Source: Octopus vulgaris
Taxonomy: Eukaryota
NCBI GenBank assembly: GCA_951406725.2
Contig: OX597824.1
Location: 49,724,001 to 49,788,000, forward strand
Direction: 5' to 3'
DNA: 64,000 nt
Position numbers and translations under genes: made by a program. The notes below the pieces were generated by a model. The model saw nothing but the letters and a program-made list of their open reading frames with translations. It was not told where the DNA came from and ran no database searches. Positions 53,116 to 64,000 of this stretch are shown here, one piece after another (position 1 is the stretch's first letter; every line of letters begins with the position of its first letter).

Positions 53116-53433
53116 CAACAACAACAGCAATAATTGTCCTGGTGCAGTACCAGGCAGTAGCTCTCATGGCTTAACTGATTAGAAGTGCTATCATGGGCAT
53201 GTTTTGTCTTGGGCTACAGCAAGTATTCTGCTCAATACCAGAGATCAGCTTGTCAGTTGTTTGGCCATAACAAGTTGAGTATGTCCCATAGCTGACGATA
53301 TGTGCATCTCTGATCATGAGTAGAAGTAGTGGGAGAGCATCATAGCCATGTGTTGAGAGGAATTTATTTGGGGTTTGAATAATTCACCTCTAGAAACATG
53401 GGTGTTTTGTTCATCATCCTTAAGCAAACCTTG

Positions 53434-54528
53434 GACATCAACCACTCTGCCTTCAACACGAAGGCCGAGCTGGTGGCCTAGATCAAAGAAGTGTTTGAAG
53501 ATCTACCCACGGGCACAGTGAGAAACACATACGCCCAGTTTCGGAGCTGTCTTGAGATCATGGTGAAAGCTGAAGGCGGCTACTTTGAGTAAACTGTCAT
53601 CTCCCAGCCGTAATCTAGTTGAGAAAAGGCATGAAAAGAGCGAAAGAAAAGGGTGAAAGTGAGGTGGAGGACAAAGAGCTGAAGAATAAGAATAAGTCTA
53701 CTGATCTAAAGTTCGAAAGATGCAGAAGGTAAAGCGTTCGTTTAAACCAGTTGACACCATGGTTCCGAGTTTGAATATGGAATGCTGTTCTTTCCGTTTC
53801 CGTGAGTGTGCAGATCCATGATATGTAGAGATGGTAGTCATAGATACAGAGTGTTCGGGTTAAATTTGATGATTTCTTATGTCTGATTTTTTTCAGGAAC
53901 ATTATGATGTATTGATGAACAATCAACGGCGTGGGAGAGCATAGAGATTAAAGTTGTAGTTGCGAAAGCGTTAGCTGACATGGGGCACAGGAAGCCGTCT
54001 GAAAATTGAAAGAGTTATTATTATCATTATTTCGGTATCATGACTGTTGCTTAATGCTCAGGGAACACTGTAAAGGTTGTAAGACATGTCATGGGTAGCT
54101 GCAACGGAGACTGAAACCGTGGCCAGCAGGAAGGGACACAACAGGCGTTCTGATTGCGTTTGCATGCTGTAATTCGTCCAACAGCTCCAGGGCAAGTTCT
54201 TAGGCCTAATTCAGAGCTCACCAGCTCCAATTTCTAACCTCCTAATCCATCCAATTGTAATCCTATGGATTACTCTGTGTGACAGTTGAGAAAGACACCA
54301 ACCTCTCTGCCTGCAACACAAAGACTAAGTTGGTGGCTAAGATCAAGTAGGTGTTTGAAGATCTGCCCACAGACAGTGAGAAACGCATGCACCCAGTTTC
54401 GGAGCCGTCTTGAGGCTATGGTAAACGCTGAGGGCGGCTACTTTGAGTAAACTATCATCTCCCAGCTTTAATCTAGTTGATAAATTTTGATTCTTTAAAA
54501 TACTTTTATTTTTGGGTGGGATACTGTA
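53434..54528 (+). mobile_element. Two C-terminal fragments of a maT/Tc1-like transposase separated by an unrelated insert
   Basis: 53434-53620 and 54080-54480 share ...AEGGYFE* ends; PPNPSNCNPMDYSV motif; terminal GGGTGGGATACTG|TA. Confidence 0.65.
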
Positions 54529-55298
54529 TTTTCTTTACCTTTTATGCAAGCTAGCAAATTTAACCCGAACACCCTATAAATGGTTTGTGGAATGTGTTGA
54601 AGTGAGTGTAGACAGGTTGACCTGTTATAGGCAACAATATGCTTCGAATGTGCAGAGGCAAGTTTCCAACGTAAAGCGCACCGCAAATTTCACAGTTGCT
54701 ACAATATATTAGGTTGAAAGTTGTGCAGCGTGTAGCAGAAGATTTGGAAAATGAAACACTGTGTCAAATGTTGCATCGTCGGCAAACGCATTTTACAGTG
54801 CCTAGTTTTGTATAGCTGGGCTCTATAGAACTAACTAGGAGGCTGCCGAAGTTCTTATCTTTCTTGAAGGCTGATAGAAATGGTGCCTGAGAGATCGGTG
54901 CGGTTGTGGTGTCGGAGAAAGAATTTGGTTAATACAGATAAGTGTATGTATGTATGTATGTATGTATGTATGTATGTATGTATGTATGTATGTATGTATG
55001 TATGTATGTATGTATGTGTGCGTGTGTGTATGTATGTATGTATGTATGTATGTATGTATGTATGTATGTGTGTTCTCTTTCTCTTTTTAATTTAGAGTTA
55101 ACTTTGACCAGCCACCTACTTGGTAGCAAGGTTGCGAAGGAAAACACCTTGTTTTGTTCATCATCCTTTAAATCTTAAGAAGGTCTTGCAGACATTTATA
55201 GGGTCCCAGATAGCGTGATAATTTGCAATGCATGAGTCAAAGATTTGCTTTCTCTCCCCATGAACCCAAGTTCAGCCATACTTTACTCTAGACGGGTA

Positions 55299-55329
<31 letters not shown>

Positions 55330-56140
55330 ATGTATGCATGTATTTAGAAGTGTCGTTCCCTTGAACGGTCAAAAGACCGAGAACAGCCTGCGTTACACTG
55401 ATAGTGTAACAAGTTTGCAACAGCGGAAGAATAATAATGAATAAATTGAGAAACTCAGAGTTCTGAATGTAAGTGTTCCATGCTTGTGTCACTTCATAAA
55501 TTTAGTCCTCTATTTCCAGTTATACTGAGATCAATTTCTTTTATTTTTACACATGTACTTACGACAATACACAAATAAACAACCGCCGGTATATACATAC
55601 ATATACGCACAAATACAAGTATATCCATCCAACCATACACATATTCACACATACACGTACATACGACAAAATGGAAGTGGTTGAGTATTTCACAAAAACA
55701 TGAGTTTAGAATAATCCTTAATCCGAATTAGCGTGACAATGTGTGACAAAGCTAACCGTTTGAACAATAATAATTCAGTAACATTTTCTCTTGTAATTCT
55801 CTATCAATTTAGTTATTTTTGGGAAGATTTGGTCCTGCCGATGCCATGGTAAATGTCACTTCAATATGCTATATAGTGGGATCGAACTCGGAACATCTTG
55901 ATTGAGAAACCACGACTTAAAGCACTCCACTAGGTTTGAGTCTCTCCTCTCAATCTATTTTTCTGCACACACACACACGCATGCACACGCAAGCACACAC
56001 ACGCGCACACACAAACATACACACACACAGAGCCAGTGTCGCGCACGCACCCCCCGCACACACGTACATACTCAAACATGTGTATACATACATAGATACA
56101 TACATACATATGTATGTATATATGTACACACACACATATA

Positions 56141-56215
<75 letters not shown>

Positions 56216-56378
56216 TTGTGTGCGTGTGTGTGTGTATGTATATATGAGTGGTATAGATATTTATATTATACGAGTACACACACACACACATTATACATGC
56301 AAATGTATATGTTCATATGACTATATACGAATATTCAGACATATGTGATATTTATGTTATAGATAACTGTATGACTCA

Positions 56379-56410
<32 letters not shown>

Positions 56411-56960
56411 GCACACATATACATAAGCACCTACGCGCGCACGCTTATACACAAACAGACACAGGTACATACACACACACACACACACACACTCACACGA
56501 GTATGTGTATGTAGTTAAGCATAAGGAATATAATATAAATTTGCTGATAAAGACATGGAATATAGTACAAACAGTTGTGATGGTTAATCAGACATAGAGC
56601 GATAACATTTGAGAGTAAACGATAGAAATATGCAGAGGAATTCACTGTAAGAGAGAGAGAGAGGGAGAGAGAGAAAGAGAGAGAGAGAAGGGAGGGCGTA
56701 GATAAAATAGAGTTTAAATGGAAGATGTCAAAAGAGACTTGGAGAGAGGGGGAGAGGGAGCGGAGGGGAAAGGAAGGGGGAGTGTAGAGGGGAAAGATCA
56801 ATGGGCTGGCCTGTTAACGTATTTTCAATCACTTATTGGATTATGATAACCTCCAACACCGATCTGTCGGTAGTGGCCTCCAGAGATCTCATAAAAACAT
56901 CATTATTCCCCTCCTCTTCTATCTAGCTTTCTATCATCTATCTATCTATCTATCTATCTT

Positions 56961-57039
<79 letters not shown>

Positions 57040-57219
57040 CTATTCAAAAATTCACACACATGTATATATTTATATATGTTGATATCTATACACAAGCATA
57101 TTAATATATAAATGTATACACAACCATACACATACACACATATATATATATAAATTAATATGTATGTGTATGTAAATACAAATTTTGAGCGTGCTTGCGT
57201 GTTCATATATATATATATA

Positions 57220-57251
<32 letters not shown>

Positions 57252-57336
57252 GTATTCATAGATAAATACATTCACACGTCCATAATATATACATATACAT
57301 ACATATATATGTGCATGCATACATGTGTGTATGTTT

Positions 57337-57377
<41 letters not shown>

Positions 57378-57537
57378 TAAACACAAATACTCAAACATAC
57401 ACACATCCATACGCACACACGCACACATATGCACGCATGTACGCTCACACATTTGTCTACAGTTTAAAGCCTATTTGTTTGAGAATATGTACATGTTCAT
57501 GTGTGCATGTGTGTGTTTGTTTGTGTGCATGGGTATG

Positions 57538-57658
<121 letters not shown>

Positions 57659-58224
57659 ACATACTGTTTCGGTGAGTTTAAAGCTCACCCCATGTCTGCT
57701 AATGTTTTTGAATAACAGAAATTAATTATTAAAGGCATGTAAATGTAAGAGCATTTACACACGCACACACTTACTTCCCATCCCACATGAACACACTTAC
57801 TCATGAACATATAGACACAACACTCACATACGCACAGAAACACATATAACAAATATGCATACGATTGAATACACCCGTTATAATTGGTAATGAGCTGCAT
57901 GAAATCAAACATGATTTATGAATAAACTTAATCCAGTGCCGAGGTTTCATTTAACCTCAGTTGATTGTTAGAAAGTTCGCTTCGCAATCGTGAGGTCTTG
58001 GGTTCGATGCCACTGCGTGGTGTGTTGGGTAGGTGTCTTTTACCCTAGCCTCGAGTCAACCCAGGCCTTGTGAGTGAAAGTGATGTGGTGAAAACTGTGT
58101 GGAAGCCCGCCCGTTTGATCGTAGCTATAAGCCTCGTCACACTTCGAGTCTCACTGATTGTGCCTGAATTGTTATGTCATGAGTGTACTTGTGGAGTATT
58201 CAGCTGCTAGTCTGGCCAAGATAC

Positions 58225-59310
58225 TCTCATATAATGCGACCAAATGGGGCTTATTTTTCAATATAGGCCCCTTGCGGTCCATACACTTCTTCCATCGGTG
58301 TTGCAGTCTTTGGATCCCATTGGTGAAAAGGGTTTCATCTCATTGGTTTAAAAGTCATCAACCGCAGATATGGCGTTATCATCACTGCGATGCTGATTCC
58401 CAGCCAAATGTTTCTTCATGTTAGAGAACAGATGATAGTCAGATGGGGCGACATCAGGAGAATAGGGACGGTGATCAACCAGTTCAAAACTACAGTCACG
58501 CACAGCAGTTATTGAAACCAAGGACTTGTGTGCTAGAGCATTGTCCTGTTGAAACAAGTTCACTTTCGTCAGTTTTCCTGGCCGTTTGGTCTTGATAACC
58601 ATTCGTAACTGCCACAGCAAGTACTCTCCATTGATGGTGTGACCTTTTTAATGATAGTCAATAAACACAACACCTTTTGCACTCCCCCAAAATTCAGGCC
58701 ATTAACTTCCCTGCAGATAAAGTGCTCTTGGCCTTCTTTGGAGCAGGCGAGGAAGGGGTGTTTCCCATGCATAGATTCTCTCTCTGTCTCTGGCTCAGTG
58801 TGATGAAGCTAACACTTATTCTGGGTTAAGAAACGTTCAAAGAAACCAGGTGGATCTACCTGAAACAATGCCAGATTTTCCCGTGATGTGATCAGCCTGG
58901 TACGCTTTTGATCAGGTGTCAGAAGATATGGCACCCACTGAGCAGAAACCTTTGTCATGCCAAGTTCATTGTGCAGAATATTCTCAACTCTCTCACAGGA
59001 TATGCTAATAGCAGTGGCTATTTGATTTATAGCGAATCGTCTGCCACCCATCAGCATGTGGTGAAGACAATCGATGTTTTCTTCGGTGGTGGCAGTTGCA
59101 GGGCATTCAGATATTGGATCGTTTTCAAGATTCTTCCTTCCACTCCTAAATTCAGCTGCCCACTTTTGCATTGTTGATAAAGCTGGAACATCATCCTCTA
59201 ATGTAGCATCCATGTCAGCGTGAGTGTCATTGGGGATAAACTCTTTTTTTCTGCAGGCACTTGATGCCAAATTTTGTTTTTATTCAAGAGAAGTCGCTAC
59301 TAGTTACATT
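58225..59310 (-). mobile_element. Degraded mariner (DD34D) transposon
   Basis: WVPYLLT, QDNALAH...YSPDVAPSDYHLF with 34 residues between the 2nd and 3rd D; frameshifted. Confidence 0.9.
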
Positions 59311-59861
59311 TGTGTAACTAGTTACGTGTGAGAGAAGTCCTGTTGACTGGCGTATACTGCATACTAATTTTTCTAATGGCACTTAAAAAGTTACTGTTTG
59401 TTTAGTCACTACCGCTTGTCGTGTTGGACTGAATCTGTTGGCAAAGCAATATGTTTGCCGAGAGATAATACTAGAACAACTTGAAACTGACCATAAGAGT
59501 TGAACCAACTGGATTTCGGGGATGTTGTGCGGCAGTTAGTTGAGTGAAGCACTGATCATCCAAAACTGCAGAAAATCGTTTGGGTCCCTAGCCAAGAGAA
59601 GTACTATCAACTTTAAGAAATCCACCTTTCAGTCATTTCTCAACCGCGATAGGTCTTTAAGTAGTATTTTCTTCCTAATTTTCTGGCGTTATTGTATCTA
59701 ATTTCACACTGCTTACATTAGGCAACCATTTGGTCTCTACTGGTTTCATCATAATACACGCAAATACGAAGGGAACATCAATAGTCCTTGTAATATTCCT
59801 TTCATTATCCCCCAACAATTCAACTGAGGTAGAAATTATAAATTTAAAACTCCTTAATCTC

Positions 59862-59927
<66 letters not shown>

Positions 59928-60328
59928 CTGTCTGTCTGTCTCTCTGTTTTTCTCCCTCTCTTTCACAGGATACATCCCGATCCTTGGTAACACTACAACG
60001 TATCCCATTCTCAAGAAACGTACTCTCACTGATCTTCGCAAAGGTTTCTTCTTGTATAACAAACTATACAATGTAGGATATGTTTACATTCCATTCTAAT
60101 ATATTAAAATAAATATGGGTATGAAACTTTGCGACCTCAAAGTTTCTTGTGTTACTTATAAAATTATCGGCGGAGCAAGAGTGACATTTTTTTTATAAAC
60201 ATACATATTTAATTTATTAAATAAGGTATTATAACTTTTTTTAAGAAAAGGGATAACAACAATTATATACGCGTGTGCACAGATTCACACAATTACACAG
60301 ACTCACATCAACTACACTCATATGTATA

Positions 60329-60385
<57 letters not shown>

Positions 60386-60421
60386 CATGTAAATATATAT
60401 GCATACACACAGACGCAGACA

Positions 60422-60536
<115 letters not shown>

Positions 60537-60697
60537 GCATTTGCTTGAAAAAGGTGAAAACAAAAAAAACCACGGCCTGACCGAAACCGAGCCAAATAGC
60601 TTATCTACATGTGCTCCAATGAAGTTGGCAGACATATATTGAATATATTATCTACCTCCCTCTATCTACCTACCTGTCTGTCTGTCTGCCTGCCTGC

Positions 60698-60822
<125 letters not shown>

Positions 60823-61438
60823 CGCATGCATGCATACACAAATATGTGTGTGTGCGGGCGCGCGAGTTCACGTGTGTATATGCTTGTGTGTGTTCGTGTG
60901 TGTACATATTTGTGTGCGCATGCGCGCTTGGGTGTGTGTTCGTGTTCATAATTATCTAAACGCTTTCCGCGGTTTTTGTCTTCGAAATTTTTACTCATCA
61001 GGGATTGGTCGCTTGAGACGCTGCGCAGTGGAATAGAACCACGTGATTGCATAGAAAATTTCTTAACCACACGCCCGTATACGTGTCAGCGTTTACACAC
61101 ACAAACACACACACATACACACACACACACACACAGAGTCACACGTTTATATGTGTTTTAAAAATACACATTTCCCAATGTGTAATAAAAGGCATAAAAA
61201 AGGGAAAAAAGAAAGAAAAAGAAGGAAAAACTATTTAGCTCGTGTGAAACCGAGTTCATTCGTCGCTCGTAAATGCAGATATTTTAATTTCCTCTTTGAT
61301 TATCATTGCATAACATGTTGAAGTGTGGCCGCACGCTCATTTATGTGTGTGTTTGTGTGAGCGTTTTATATCTTTAATATTTATGATGCGTGTAACTTAG
61401 AAAGCAGAAAGTTATTGCTTGAATGGTTACATACACAC

Positions 61439-61554
<116 letters not shown>

Positions 61555-62130
61555 CATGTATGTGTGTGTGCTTGTTTCCCCACCCACTACTTGACAACTA
61601 GTATTGGTGTGTTTACGTCTCCGGTTCGGAGAAAGAGTCCGATTGAATAAATACCAAGCTCAAGTCCTGGGGTGATTTGTTCGACTAAAACCCTTCAGGG
61701 CGATGCCCCAGCATGGCCGGAGTCTAATGACCGAAACAAGTAAAAGATAAAAGACACACACACACAGACTCACACACATATATTATGTGTGTGTATGTAT
61801 AGGTATGTATGTGTTTGGTGTATATGTATTTAGTTGTGGTCGAATGGTAAGAAAGTTCGCTTCTCAGCCATGTGATGCCATGTTCGATTTCATTGCCTGA
61901 CTTCTTTTCTTATAGCCTCGGGTCACCCTATGCCTTGTGACTGAAATTGAGTTGGCGAAAATGCCTTTCAGATGAGTCGTTTATCTTTAACATACACAAT
62001 TATACTTGAACAATACTCTATAATTAAAGGTGTTTAGTTGATGGAACAACTGGAAATCACATCGTCGAAACTGACGAAGATCCATTTATTCTGTGTTTAT
62101 GTGTGTACAATACAAAGAAACATCCTTTAC

Positions 62131-62244
62131 CAGCAGGTTGAAAGATCCCTAAAATTCATACTGTTCCTTGCTCCCAAGCGATACCATTTTAACCATTTAC
62201 TCGATATTTCATCGCAGCAAGTTTTCCGAATCATTAAGTTATTT
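62131..62244 (-). CDS. Possible 114-nt internal exon of an unidentified gene
   Basis: T-rich acceptor GTTTTGTTTAG, donor TG|GTAAAG, length divisible by 3, one open frame (NNLMIRKTCCDEISSKWLKWYRLGARNSMNFRDLSTC); no family recognised. Confidence 0.25.
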
Positions 62245-63626
62245 CTAAACAAAACAATCAAAACAAGAATACAAAAAAGAGAAGAAAAGAAAAATTCTGT
62301 TGCTGATGAATAATTTTCATGAATCACCTTTGTGATCAAAACTCAAAGTTCCTTGAAACAAAAAGCCCCGAAAAATACAAAAAAAAAGACAACAAAAATA
62401 TCATGAACAACCTTGGGGTATTTCTTTTATGAGGTATTACGTTTTTATGAGCTGTTAAGAGCACTTTTATAGCAAAAATTAAACAAAAGGTGGGAAAAAA
62501 AGAAGATATTTAAATACATATACGCACACACGTAGACACATACATGATGAAAAATGAAAAATATATAAAAGAATTTTGATTCATTTACAAAAACATAAAA
62601 ATTAAAAACTAAAATCTAAACGGAAAACGACAAAGAACCACGCACACACGCGCGCACAAGTAAGTCGATCAGTATATTAGTTAACCAGTTGTTTTACATC
62701 TACTAATATATTTGTAAAGAGAGAAAATTCATATGGAAGCCATAACAATTTACAGACTGTTTTTAACAAAAGAATTCTGTTTTCATCACTGCGCTGACAT
62801 TCTTTTTATAACAATTGACTGTAGATATTTATAATTTTCAGTTTTCTTTTGCTTGTGGGTTTATGGTGGATGGGTGGCTACACATTTTTGTTCATTAATT
62901 TTAAAAAATAATAATACATTAACATACAAAAAAAAGACAAGAAATTAAAAGAAAAGAAATTGCGAACTATAAAAAATTTACATATTTGTATTTTTATTTC
63001 ATTTTTAAAAATCTTTTGTCGTTTAATACTTGTGGTAAGCCGCGCTTTCGTAACTTTTCATATGCATTTTACTAGAAGTTTGTTTCACGTTTTCATATTT
63101 TTGTTGTTTATTTATCTCTTTTAATATTTTAAAGCCAGATTTTCGTATGCGATCAAATGGAATTTCACAGTTGAGCGGGCAGAAAGCTGTTAGCTGTTTG
63201 GAGGCCACATGTGGATAAAAAAAATATGGATTAGTGGTGATCAGTGGAATAAATATTTGATTGATATAACGTATTTGTTTCTGTTTTTTTCTTTTGTTGT
63301 TGAATTTGTTTTCTAAAGTTGGTTTAGCGTGTTATTGCAACAGCTAAGATATCTGGTTCAATTTTAGTCAAAGTTCTGTAGTTTGCCATATCTCTCAGGA
63401 CACATGAAAACAATGGAATATTTTATAGACCATTTACAAAGGCACCCCATTTAAAGATGGTAAAAAAAAATACGCTTTTCATACTTAATTCCTACTCATG
63501 TTAAGTTAACAGAAAGAATACATCGCCGAACTAAATGCTAGCTTTGTTCCTTTAAATGGCGAGTTCAAATACAGCCAGTTCTAGTGATTGATGAATTAAG
63601 TAGTAATAATATACGGGGATCGATTA

Positions 63627-63850
63627 AGGCAGCGAGCTAGCAGAAGTGTTAGCATATCAGTCAAAATGCTTAGTAGTATTTCGTCCGTATTCACGTTCTG
63701 AGTTCAAATTTCACCGAGGTCTACTTTGCTTTTCATCTTTTCGAGGTCAATAAAATAAGTACCAGATGAGTACTGGGGTCGATGTAATCGACTTAATTCC
63801 TTCTCACAAAAAACAACAAAAAACTGCTGGTTTTGTGCCAAAACTTGAAA
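63627..63850 (+). mobile_element. tRNA-derived SINE
   Basis: AGGCAGCGAGCTAGCAGAAG...GAGTTCAAATTTC...TTTCATCTTTTCGAGGTCAATAAAATAAGTACCAG. Confidence 0.85.
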
Positions 63851-64000
63851 GCAATATATTGGGATCGATACAATCAACAATATGTCTAGACATTATAAAC
63901 ATAGACATAAAAGAGAGACAAATCCACTGGATGAGACACTAAACCACCATTGTTATTGCTTGCTAGGCAATCATGCAACTGATTCCTTGACAGAACGTCT

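Overview
Eukaryotic, AT-rich, extremely microsatellite-dense genomic DNA; the repeat and SINE make-up suggests an octopus or other coleoid cephalopod (inference). There is one ~100-N assembly gap (13665-13764). Nearly all ORFs in the supplied track are microsatellite artefacts. The only convincing host coding segment is the terminal exon of a probable Rab-type small GTPase (9448-9577, +, ending ...KCCR*). The rest is transposable-element debris: a non-autonomous Helitron, a near full-length DD37D (maT) transposon, two DD34D mariners, hAT and piggyBac-like MITEs, Penelope-like elements, LINEs of the HERO-like, R4/Dong-like, Tx1-like and RTE-like types (several sitting in specific microsatellites), and at least four SINE families, some tandemly amplified. 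The most interesting signal is RNA-structural. Besides ordinary Penelope-type type I hammerhead ribozyme motifs, two unrelated elements (a 785-bp-period direct repeat at 14.6-15.9 kb and a HERO-like LINE 3' UTR at 4.6 kb) carry all hammerhead core strands in an order that is not a circular permutation of types I-III, i.e. a candidate pseudoknotted hammerhead architecture with an extra helix. All of this was read by eye; none of it has been tested by search or experiment.
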